Positions 18,396 through 26,909 of a stretch of 64,000 nucleotides of DNA are shown here, piece by piece. Position numbers and translations under genes: made by a program. Origin of the DNA: an uncultured delta proteobacterium. GTDB lineage: Bacteria > Myxococcota_A > Polyangia > Palsa-1104. Where the stretch lies: the NCBI GenBank assembly GCA_963785725.1, contig CAWAWS010000033.1, forward strand, positions 1-64,000, read 5' to 3'. The notes below the pieces were generated by a model that had not been told where the DNA came from, did not search any database, and was given only the letters and a program-made list of their open reading frames with translations. Numbering within the stretch: position 1 is the first letter of the stretch; every line of letters begins with the position of its first letter.

Positions 18396-19826
18396 ATGGC
18401 GTCACTGCCACGACTGACCGCGCAGTTCCGTTCTGCCGCACGCGTGTGCGGCATCGTGGTCAGCCTCGTCGGCGCGCTGGTTCTCGTGGCCGGGGCCATC
18501 AACAACGCGACGCTCAATCGCATCCTCGCCGGCCGCTTCATCATGCAGCTCAACACCGGCGTCGCCTTCGTGCTCGCCGGCGCGACGCTGTGGATTCGCT
18601 CGCGCACCGTCGCCAACATCTTCGCCGCGGTCGTTCTCGGCAGCGGCCTCTTCATCCTCGTCGAGCATTTCATAGCCGGTAGCATCGTCGCCGGCCGCAT
18701 GGAGCCCGACACGGCCGCCGGCTTCATCCTCATCGGCGCGGCGCTGCTCTTGCGCCGACTGGGCCGGCCGACGACGACACGCTTGGCCGATTGGATGATC
18801 ATCGGCTGTCTGCTCATCGCCATGGTCGGCCTCTTCGGCTTCACCTACAGCGTCAAATTCTTCTTCGGCGTGAGCCAATACTCACGCATGACGCTGGGCA
18901 CGGCGCTCGCCTTCGTCGCGCTCGGTCTGGGCGCGCTGTTCGCGGAGCCCGAGCGCGGCGTCATGCTGACCATCGTCTCCGACTCGGCCGGCGGCGTGAT
19001 GGCGCGCCGACTCTATCCGGCCGCGATCTCCATCCCCATCACGCTCGGCTGGCTGACGCTCTTCGGCGAAGGCATGCGCCTCTACAACGGCAAGTTCGGC
19101 CTCTCCCTATTCCTACTGATGAGCATCGTCGTCTTCTTGCTGCTCGTGTCGCTGACCTATCGCGCGCTCGATCGCACCGACGCGCAGCGCATGCGCCTCG
19201 CGACCGTGCTGCTGGAAGAGGCGGAGCGGCGCCATCTCGCCAAGGAGCTGCACGACGAGATCGGCCAGTCGCTGACGGCGCTCAAGCTGCGGCTGTCGGT
19301 CGCGCTGTCGAGCGAGCCGGTGATGCAGGCGCGCACGCTCGTCGACGAGCTGACGGAGCGCGTCTCCAGCCTGTCGCTCGATCTGCGACCGGCGATGCTC
19401 GACGATCTCGGGCTCTTGCCGGCGCTGGTGTGGCTCTTCGAGCGCTACTCGGCGCAGACCGGCGTCCGCGTCGACTTCGCGCATAACGGCATCGAGGTGC
19501 GCGTTTCGCCCGCGGTCGAGACGGCGGCCTTCCGCATCATTCAAGAGGCGCTGACCAACGTCGCGCGCCACGCCGCCGTCGACACCGTAAAGGTACGGGC
19601 CTGGCGCGACGGTCAGTCGCTCTCCGTGCAGGTGGTCGACAGCGGCCACGGCTTCGACTTCAAGCGCGCCGTCGGCAGCGGTAAATCGACGGGCCTCTCC
19701 GGCATGCGCGAGCGCGCCGGAGCGCTGGGCGGCGCGCTCACCGTCGAGTCGTCGGCGGCGGGCACCCATTTGCAGGCCGAGCTGCCGCTGGCAGTAGACG
19801 CAGTCAGACATCCGAGGGAAGCATGA
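18396..19826 (+). CDS. Membrane sensor histidine kinase (HisKA_3 type)
   Basis: Multiple TMs, ERRHLAKELHDEIGQ, QEALTNVARHA, DSGHGF and GLSGMRER. Confidence 0.93.
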   Translation: MASLPRLTAQFRSAARVCGIVVSLVGALVLVAGAINNATLNRILAGRFIMQLNTGVAFVLAGATLWIRSRTVANIFAAVVLGSGLFILVEHFIAGSIVAGRMEPDTAAGFILIGAALLLRRLGRPTTTRLADWMIIGCLLIAMVGLFGFTYSVKFFFGVSQYSRMTLGTALAFVALGLGALFAEPERGVMLTIVSDSAGGVMARRLYPAAISIPITLGWLTLFGEGMRLYNGKFGLSLFLLMSIVVFLLLVSLTYRALDRTDAQRMRLATVLLEEAERRHLAKELHDEIGQSLTALKLRLSVALSSEPVMQARTLVDELTERVSSLSLDLRPAMLDDLGLLPALVWLFERYSAQTGVRVDFAHNGIEVRVSPAVETAAFRIIQEALTNVARHAAVDTVKVRAWRDGQSLSVQVVDSGHGFDFKRAVGSGKSTGLSGMRERAGALGGALTVESSAAGTHLQAELPLAVDAVRHPREA

Positions 19827-20479
19827 CCATGATTCAGACCAGCATCTTGCTCGCCGACGATCATCAGGTCGTCATCGATGGATTGAGGTCGCTGCTCGCC
19901 AATGAGCAGGACATGAGCGTCATCGGTCAGGCGAGCGACGGCATGCAGGTTCTTCCGACGGTCTTGGCGCTCCATCCCGACGTGCTCGTGCTCGACCTCA
20001 TGATGCCGGGCATGAACGGCCTCGAAGTGTCGCGACAGATGCGCGAGAAGGCGCCGGACACGAAGGTGATCATCCTGTCGATGCACTCGAACGACGCCTA
20101 CGTCCTCGAGGCGCTGCGCAACGGCGTCGCCGGCTACGTGCTCAAGCAGGCCGACGCGCGCACGCTGCTCGACGCCGTGCGCGCCGTCAGAACCGGTGTT
20201 CGCTATCTCTCGCCGCCGCTGTCGATGGAGAAGGTCGAGCGTTGGGAGGTCGAGACGCGCACCAATACGCTCGATCTGTTCGACACGCTGTCGTCGCGTG
20301 AGCGCGAGGTCTTCCAGCTGGCGGCCGAAGGGCTGACGTCGGCCGTCATCGGGGCGCGCCTCGACATCGGCCGGCGGACGGTGGAGACGCATCGCGCGAA
20401 CATCCTGCGCAAGCTCGGCATCAAGACGCACGGCGAGCTCGTACGGCTCGCCATCAAGCGCGGCCTCATCATCGACTGA
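19823..20479 (+). CDS. NarL/LuxR-family response regulator
   Basis: LADDH, DLMMPGMNG and a LuxR HTH (LSSREREV...TVETHRANILRKL). Confidence 0.95.
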   Translation: MTMIQTSILLADDHQVVIDGLRSLLANEQDMSVIGQASDGMQVLPTVLALHPDVLVLDLMMPGMNGLEVSRQMREKAPDTKVIILSMHSNDAYVLEALRNGVAGYVLKQADARTLLDAVRAVRTGVRYLSPPLSMEKVERWEVETRTNTLDLFDTLSSREREVFQLAAEGLTSAVIGARLDIGRRTVETHRANILRKLGIKTHGELVRLAIKRGLIID

Positions 20480-20525
20480 CCGCCGACGACCGAGGTGTGC
20501 GCGCCCCGATCGGCGCCTCCAGTCT

Positions 20526-20584
20526 TCAGTAGGCCGACGGATATCCGCGGGTTCCGGGCGGTTCAGATTGGCGTATGATCTGCA
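20526..20584 (+). promoter_or_regulatory. Operator palindrome plus sigma54-like promoter
   Basis: TCAGTAGGCCGACGGA at 20526-20541 and TGGCGTATGATCTGCA at 20569-20584. Confidence 0.5.
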
Positions 20585-20599
20585 AACTAGGCTGCTCCG

Positions 20600-21874
20600 G
20601 TGATCCAAGCCGTCGCATATTCGACGCTCGCGCTGACGGTCACGCTGGCCGTTTCGCGGCCTCGGCTCGGGCTCAGGCTGCGCTTTTCGCCGGGCTCGGC
20701 GGCGCTGCTCGGCGTGCTCGTGCTCTTCCTGACGCACCTCTTGACGCTGAGCGACCTGCTGACGGCGGCGCGCATTCAATGGCGGCCACTCCTGTCGCTG
20801 ACCTGCATCATGGTCATGACCGGCGTCGTGCAAGAGGTCGGCGCGTTCGATCGGCTGGCGATGCGGGTCGAATCGTACGCGCGGGCGACCTCGACGACGC
20901 GGGCGTTCACGCTCGTCTTCTTCGTCAGCCTCATCACGCCGTCGCTGCTCAACAACGACTCGGCGATTCTCTTGCTGACGCCGCTCGTGGTCGCGCTGAC
21001 GCGGCGCCTCTATCCGGGCCGACCGGGCGTGACCGAAGCGTTCGTGTTCGCCGTGTTCCTCGCGCCTGGCGTCGCGCCGCTCGTCGTCTCCAACCCGATG
21101 AACATGATCGTGGCCGAGTACGCCGGCATCGGTTTCAACTCCTACGCCGCCGTGATGTTGCCGATCTCGATCGGCGGCGCCATGGTCACGTTCCTCATCC
21201 TGCGGCTCTCGTTCCGCCGCGCGCTGGCGACGACGTCGGCGACGCCGCTCGAGGTCGTCGTGCCGCCGGCGCATCCGGCCGAGAAGGCGACGCTGGCGCT
21301 CCTCATCATCGTCTTCGCCGCCTATCCGATCACGGCGGCGTTCGGCGGACAGATCTGGATGGTCACGCTCGCCGGCGCCGTCTTGTCGCTGGCGTTGGCG
21401 AGCCGCTATCGCGTGGCGTCGCTGCCGAAGCTGCTCGGCCACGTCTCGCCCGACATCCTCGTGTTCCTATGGGGCGTGTTCTTGGTCGTCGTCGGCTTGC
21501 GCCACGTCGGCGTCATCGATCGGTTGGCGACCCTGTATCGCGCGGTGCCCGACGGCAGCGGCCTGCAGATCGGCGTCATCGGCGTCGGCTCCGCGCTCGG
21601 CTCGGCCATCGTCGACAACCACCCGATGTCGATCTTGAACATGCTGGCGCTCGGGGCGCACGGCGACAGCCGCCAGCTGCTGGCCGCGCTCGTCGGCGGC
21701 GACATCGGCCCGCGTCTGTTGCCCGTCGGCTCGCTGGCCGGCCTGTTGTGGATGGATCTGTTGCGTCGCGCCGACGTCCGTATCTCTGTCTGGCGCTTCA
21801 TCCGCTTGGGCACGATCGTGCTCGTTCCGACGCTCGCGCTGTCGCTGGTTCTACTGGCGCACTCGGGCCGCTGA
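20600..21874 (+). CDS. ArsB/NhaD-family anion permease
   Basis: About 12 TMs with LNNDSAILLLTP, PLVVSNPMN, DNHP and GGDIGPRLLPVGSLAGLLW. Confidence 0.85.
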   Translation: MIQAVAYSTLALTVTLAVSRPRLGLRLRFSPGSAALLGVLVLFLTHLLTLSDLLTAARIQWRPLLSLTCIMVMTGVVQEVGAFDRLAMRVESYARATSTTRAFTLVFFVSLITPSLLNNDSAILLLTPLVVALTRRLYPGRPGVTEAFVFAVFLAPGVAPLVVSNPMNMIVAEYAGIGFNSYAAVMLPISIGGAMVTFLILRLSFRRALATTSATPLEVVVPPAHPAEKATLALLIIVFAAYPITAAFGGQIWMVTLAGAVLSLALASRYRVASLPKLLGHVSPDILVFLWGVFLVVVGLRHVGVIDRLATLYRAVPDGSGLQIGVIGVGSALGSAIVDNHPMSILNMLALGAHGDSRQLLAALVGGDIGPRLLPVGSLAGLLWMDLLRRADVRISVWRFIRLGTIVLVPTLALSLVLLAHSGR

Positions 21875-21894
21875 CCTCGGGCTAAATGGCTCGA

Positions 21895-21940
21895 TCCGTA
21901 TGCCTACGGATTGCGCCGGGGTCCAGGAGGTCCTTACTGT
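21895..21940 (+). promoter_or_regulatory. Perfect TCCGTA-N4-TACGGA operator abutting a possible -35/-10 promoter
   Basis: TCCGTATGCCTACGGA followed by TTGCGC-18 nt-TACTGT. Confidence 0.6.
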
Positions 21941-21981
21941 GCAGCGACCGCGACCCGTGCGTCGCTCGAATGGGGTGCTCG

Positions 21982-22938
21982 ATGCGCAAGCTCGCCGTAC
22001 TCGTTCTACTCGCCGCCGGTTGCGGTGACGATACGACCTCCGCGTCGCTCGATCTGGCGATGACGACACCAGGCGCGGATCTGTCGGTGCCCGACATGGC
22101 CGTCGCGCGCACCGCCACCGTGCCGCTTGGCTTTCAGCCGGCCGGACTCTTTTGGGACTCGGCCACGCAAGCGCTCTATCTCGCCAACGACGGCGGCGAT
22201 CAGATCGTAAAATGGGAGGAGCAAAGCGGTGCGTTCGCCGTCGCCGCGCGGCTGCCGACGATCGCGCCGACGTCGGGCGGGCTCGGCCAGCTCATCAAGA
22301 CCAGCGACGGCAGCTGGCTGGTCACGCGCAACGGCTGCGGCACGGGCGGCGCGGTCATCGACGTGCCGTCGGCGGCCGGCGGCACGATCGCGGCGGTGCC
22401 CGGTCTCGCCACCAACCGTCGCCGCGTCGGCTTGACCGCCGCCAGCGACGGCACGATCTACGACAGCTGGTACACGATGACCGGCACGGCCTGTAGCGGC
22501 GGCGGCGGCGGCGCCATGAACGGCACCGTCTCGTCGCTGACGCTCGACGGCACCGAGACCGCGATCATCACCGGCATCGGCAAGCCCATCGGTGTCCTGG
22601 CCATCGGCACGACGATCTACGTCAGCGATCAGATGAACAACGTCGTCTTGCAGGCGCCGTTGCCGGCCGGCGGAACGCCGACGACGTTCGCGACAGTCGC
22701 CGGCGCCGACGCGCTCGCCGCCGGTCCCGCGGGCACGATCTTCGTCGTCAGCAACAAGGGCACCGTCACGCAGCTCGCCACCGACGGCACACCGACCGAG
22801 ATCGGCTCCGGCTACAAGCCGCTGCGCGGCGTCGCTTACGACGCCGACCACAAGCGCCTCTTCATCGGCGAGCCCGACGCCGGCTCGGCTGACGGCGGCG
22901 CCGGCATGCCGGCGCTGCACATCCTGCCCATCGACTAG
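21982..22938 (+). CDS. Beta-propeller (NHL/SMP-30-like) lipoprotein
   Basis: LAAGC lipobox and repeated P-x-G-[LV] blades. Confidence 0.75.
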   Translation: MRKLAVLVLLAAGCGDDTTSASLDLAMTTPGADLSVPDMAVARTATVPLGFQPAGLFWDSATQALYLANDGGDQIVKWEEQSGAFAVAARLPTIAPTSGGLGQLIKTSDGSWLVTRNGCGTGGAVIDVPSAAGGTIAAVPGLATNRRRVGLTAASDGTIYDSWYTMTGTACSGGGGGAMNGTVSSLTLDGTETAIITGIGKPIGVLAIGTTIYVSDQMNNVVLQAPLPAGGTPTTFATVAGADALAAGPAGTIFVVSNKGTVTQLATDGTPTEIGSGYKPLRGVAYDADHKRLFIGEPDAGSADGGAGMPALHILPID

Positions 22939-23045
22939 GGCGCGCGCTTTTGGAGCGGGCTCGGTGCGCGCGTGCGCCGGGATCGCTCCTCGCTTCGCTT
23001 CTTGGATTCTTGCTTCGCGCGCAACGGTTACGACGTGGAGGCTGC

Positions 23046-24317
23046 ATGACACACTCGACGCTCGCCAGGACCCTCGGTAGCTGGGTTTTCCTGCTCGTGC
23101 TGACTGCCGCCGGCAGCGCACGCGCGCAAACGGTCTGCGATGACACCATCGGCACGCATCGCGTCTTCATCCTCGCCGCCGACACGCAGGTGCCGGCGCT
23201 GAAGACGCTGGGCGCGATCTTGAAGGCGCAGACGCCGTCGATCACGCTCGTCTACACACCGGCCGGCTCCTGCGCCAACATCGCCGACCTGTACACGAAC
23301 ACCTGGGTGTCGAACGCGGCCGGCGGCGGCACGTTCTACATCCCCGACAACTACGATGGCGTCTCGGTCACGCCCAATTGCACCGCGCCGGCGGGGACCG
23401 TGCCCGATCTGGCGATCTCCATCGTCTTCCCCGACAACACCGACTGCCCGACGGCGCCGGTCAAGCCGAGCAACATCACGGCGACGCAGGGCCCGGTGCA
23501 GGCGATGCTCTTCGCGGTGCCGGGCGGCGTCGGACAGTCCACGACCGGCTCGACGCAGCAGACGATCACCGCCGAGGAGGCCTACCTGATCATGGGTCTC
23601 GGCGCGATGGTCTCGCAGACGCCACCGTGGAACGATCCGCAGTACATCTACGGCCGTACGGCGACCAAGGGCACGCAGGTCTCGATCGGCGCCAACATCG
23701 GCGTCGCCGCGGCCAAGTGGAAGCTGCTCGCCGACCCGCAGCATGAGATCGATCAATCGAACGGCGTGGCGACGGCGCTGGCGGCGCTGTTGTCGTCGAG
23801 CAACGCCGGGCAGGGCCTGGGCATCCTCGGCGCCGAGATCTACGACTCGGGCACGTACCGCTCGCAGATGCACTCGCTGGCGTTCCGCGCGTTCGGCCAA
23901 TATCACTCGTACTGGCCCGACTCGACACCGACCGCGTTCGACAAGCAGAACGTGCGCGACGGCCACTATCCGCTCTGGTCCTACGTGCAGTATTTGGCGC
24001 CGCAGGCGGCAGCGCCGATGACGGGCGCGCTCAACCCCGACGCGCAGACGGTGATCGACTACTTCACCGACAACGTCACGGTGGCGCCGGCGGCCGATCC
24101 GCTCGACGTCGTCATCTCCAACGGACTCGTCCCCGAGTGCGCCATGAAGGTCTCGCGCACCGTCGAGGGCGGCCCCGAATCGGCCTACGCTTCGAGCGCC
24201 CCCTGCGATTGCTACTTCGACTTCAAGGTCACCGGCGCCACGACCTGCACGGCGTGCAGCGCGACCGCGGCCTGTGCCACCGGAACCTGCCGTCACGGCT
24301 ACTGCGAGGCCAAGTAA
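23046..24317 (+). CDS. Secreted PstS/PBP-like substrate-binding protein with a Cys-rich tail
   Basis: Signal peptide. NVRDGHYPLW resembles the C-terminal motif of PstS-like PBPs. Tail ends CRHGYC. Confidence 0.55.
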   Translation: MTHSTLARTLGSWVFLLVLTAAGSARAQTVCDDTIGTHRVFILAADTQVPALKTLGAILKAQTPSITLVYTPAGSCANIADLYTNTWVSNAAGGGTFYIPDNYDGVSVTPNCTAPAGTVPDLAISIVFPDNTDCPTAPVKPSNITATQGPVQAMLFAVPGGVGQSTTGSTQQTITAEEAYLIMGLGAMVSQTPPWNDPQYIYGRTATKGTQVSIGANIGVAAAKWKLLADPQHEIDQSNGVATALAALLSSSNAGQGLGILGAEIYDSGTYRSQMHSLAFRAFGQYHSYWPDSTPTAFDKQNVRDGHYPLWSYVQYLAPQAAAPMTGALNPDAQTVIDYFTDNVTVAPAADPLDVVISNGLVPECAMKVSRTVEGGPESAYASSAPCDCYFDFKVTGATTCTACSATAACATGTCRHGYCEAK

Positions 24318-24611
24318 ATGAGCGCCAAGATGATGCTGCGCGCCGGCTTGATGGCGCTCGCGATGTGCTCGGCCGCGGCTTGCGGCGGTAGCAGCCACAA
24401 GAGCGGCACCGACGGCGGCTCGCCCGGCGCCGACATGGCCGGCACGACGACGAGCCCGCCCGATCTGTCGCCGCCGCCCTGCGTGATGGATCCGACGACC
24501 GGCAACGACTTCTTGAACGCGTGCACGACGGCGCAGACCGGCGACCCCGCGAAGAACTACCCGTATTTCCCGAAGCTGGCGCCGAACGGCAACCTGCCGC
24601 CGATCAACTGA
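24318..24611 (+). CDS. Small lipoprotein
   Basis: AAAC lipobox. Starts immediately after the previous stop. Confidence 0.75.
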   Translation: MSAKMMLRAGLMALAMCSAAACGGSSHKSGTDGGSPGADMAGTTTSPPDLSPPPCVMDPTTGNDFLNACTTAQTGDPAKNYPYFPKLAPNGNLPPIN

Positions 24612-24612
24612 T

Positions 24613-26022
24613 TTGCGAGTCGCGGCGTTGGCGTGGGTGCTGGCGCTGGCGGGCGTGGCCGCCGCGGACGAGCCGCCCGATGCGGGCGTCGCGCCCGTCG
24701 CGGCGGCGCCGTCCCCGTCGGTGTCCGTCGATCCGGCGCTGGCGGCGCGCGTCGACGCCCTGGCGCGCGAGCTGGCCGAGACGCGCGCCGAAGTCGCCGC
24801 GCTCCGTCAGGAGGCCGCCGCCGCGACGAGCGCGAGCGGCAGCGTCTTCCGTCTCGGCGGCGCGCGCGCCCAGCTCTTCGGTTTCATCCAAGCCGACGCC
24901 GTCGCCTACGACCAAGCGAGCAGCGATCAGCTGAACAACACGACCGGCGCGCCGCTCAACCAGACGCGCTTTCTCATTCGCCGCGCACGGCTGCGTGTCG
25001 ACGTCGACTACGGCTGGGTCGCGGGCGCGCTCGAATTCGACGGCAATACCATCAACGGGCCGGTCGCGCGCATCATCGACGTCGAAGCCTCGGCCTGTTG
25101 GCCGCGCTGCGGGACGGAGCCGCTGGTGATGGCGACGATCGGGCTCATGCGCATTCCCTTCGGCTTCGAGGTGCAGCAAAAAGATTACGTGCGCCTGTTC
25201 CTCGAGCGCAGCAACGTCATGCGCGCGCTCTTTCCCGGCGAGTTCGACCTGGGCGCGCGGCTGCAAGGCGGTTGGCGCTGGCTGCGCTGGCAGGTGGCGG
25301 CGATGAACGGCCATCCGTCGGGCGACACGCAGTTCGCGCTCGTGTCGCCGACGCAGTCCAAGGACTTCCTCGGTCGCGTCGGCGCCGACACGACACCGCA
25401 TCCGCGCTTACGAATCGTCAGCGGCTTCTCGGCACTTTGGGGAACCGGCTTCCACTCGGGCACGCCCGACACGAAGGATCAGCTCGTCTGGCGCGACATC
25501 AACGGCGACGGCCAAGTCGACGTCACCGAGCTGATCGGCATCGACGGCCAGCCGGGTCTGCCGTCGCGCACGTTCTCGCGTTACGCCGTCGGCGGCGATC
25601 TGCGCGTCGTGAGCGAGCTGCCGCGGCTCGGTCAGCTCGAGGTCTACGGCGAGATCGTATGGGCGACCAACCTCGACCGCGGGTTGATGCCGGCCGATCC
25701 CATCGCCGCCGGCCGGCCGCTGCGCGAGCTCGGCTGGTACGTGGCGGCGACGCAGGAGCTGGGTCGCTTCGCGTCCGTCGGCGTGCGCTACGATCGCTAC
25801 GATCCCGACGCCGACGCGCGCGCCACCGTCGGTGCGTCGATTGTGCCGCGCGATCTGACGTTCGCGACGCTGGCCGCGGTCGCCGCCGTCGAGTGGCGGC
25901 CGCGGGCGCGGCTGTCGCTCGAGTACGATCGCAACGCCAACGCGCTCGGCCGCACGGCCTCGGGCGCGCCGGCCACGCTCGGCTCCGACGTCGTCACCGT
26001 GCGCGGCCAGGTGGTCTTCTGA
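24613..26022 (+). CDS. OprO/OprP-like anion-selective porin
   Basis: Signal peptide, short coiled coil, FLIRRARL, IPFGFE, FLERS and a C-terminal Phe. Confidence 0.7.
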   Translation: MRVAALAWVLALAGVAAADEPPDAGVAPVAAAPSPSVSVDPALAARVDALARELAETRAEVAALRQEAAAATSASGSVFRLGGARAQLFGFIQADAVAYDQASSDQLNNTTGAPLNQTRFLIRRARLRVDVDYGWVAGALEFDGNTINGPVARIIDVEASACWPRCGTEPLVMATIGLMRIPFGFEVQQKDYVRLFLERSNVMRALFPGEFDLGARLQGGWRWLRWQVAAMNGHPSGDTQFALVSPTQSKDFLGRVGADTTPHPRLRIVSGFSALWGTGFHSGTPDTKDQLVWRDINGDGQVDVTELIGIDGQPGLPSRTFSRYAVGGDLRVVSELPRLGQLEVYGEIVWATNLDRGLMPADPIAAGRPLRELGWYVAATQELGRFASVGVRYDRYDPDADARATVGASIVPRDLTFATLAAVAAVEWRPRARLSLEYDRNANALGRTASGAPATLGSDVVTVRGQVVF

Positions 26023-26909
26023 TGCGCGCGTGCGCGCTTGTGCTCGTCGTCGCCGTCGGCTGTGGCCCGGTGGCGTCGCCCGATCCCGGCCTCGACGCGG
26101 CACTGCAAGTGGCCGGCGCGCAGTTCGTCCCCGGCGCGCCGCCGGCCGCGAACGCCACCGCGCCGGCGGTGCAGGCGCTGCAGTTCGCCGACGCATCGGA
26201 GCTGGCCGGCGCCTCGAATCGCCCGCTTCTCGGCGCGCTCGATCCGACGGCGACGGCGGTCGCGCTCGACCTGGAGGGCGATCGCGGCTACTGGCTGGTG
26301 CCAGCCGGCACGCCTTCGGCCGACGCGCCGACGCTGCCGACGTTCGACGTGCTCGTGGCGTTTGCGCCGACATTGCCGACGGGCACGCAGACGCTCGCGG
26401 CGCGCGCCATCGACGGCGCCGGGCAGTTCGGCGCGCCGCGGACGCAGCCTGTCGCCATCAACGGCGCGACCACCCCGACGGGCGCCATGGTCATCCACCT
26501 CGCGTGGAGCGGACGCGCCGACCTCGATCTGCACGTCGTCGACCCCGATGGCGTCGAGATTTGGGCGCGCCATCCGAGCGGCTACCAGCCGCCGCCGCCG
26601 CCGGCGCTGCCCGATCCGGTGGCGCAAGCGGCCGCCCCGCAGCTCGACGCCGACTCCAACGCCGGCTGCGTCTTCGACGGACGCGATCAGGAGAACGTCA
26701 TCTACACGAGCGCGCCGGCGAGCGGGCAATACATCGTGCGCGTCGACGCGGCCTCGCTGTGCGGCGCGTCGTTTGCCGATTGGCAAGTCGCGGTCATCGT
26801 CGCCGGCGCCACGCGCTACAGCGCCGCCGGCGAAGCGGTCGACGCCGACACGCAGGGCAGCCACGCCGCCGGCGCCGGGCGCACCGCCGTCACGTTCACG
26901 CTGCCGTAG
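26022..26909 (+). CDS. YfaP/DUF2135-like lipoprotein
   Basis: AVGC lipobox, LAWSGRADLDLHVVDPDG and DQENVIY. TGATG coupling to the porin gene. Confidence 0.75.
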   Translation: MRACALVLVVAVGCGPVASPDPGLDAALQVAGAQFVPGAPPAANATAPAVQALQFADASELAGASNRPLLGALDPTATAVALDLEGDRGYWLVPAGTPSADAPTLPTFDVLVAFAPTLPTGTQTLAARAIDGAGQFGAPRTQPVAINGATTPTGAMVIHLAWSGRADLDLHVVDPDGVEIWARHPSGYQPPPPPALPDPVAQAAAPQLDADSNAGCVFDGRDQENVIYTSAPASGQYIVRVDAASLCGASFADWQVAVIVAGATRYSAAGEAVDADTQGSHAAGAGRTAVTFTLP

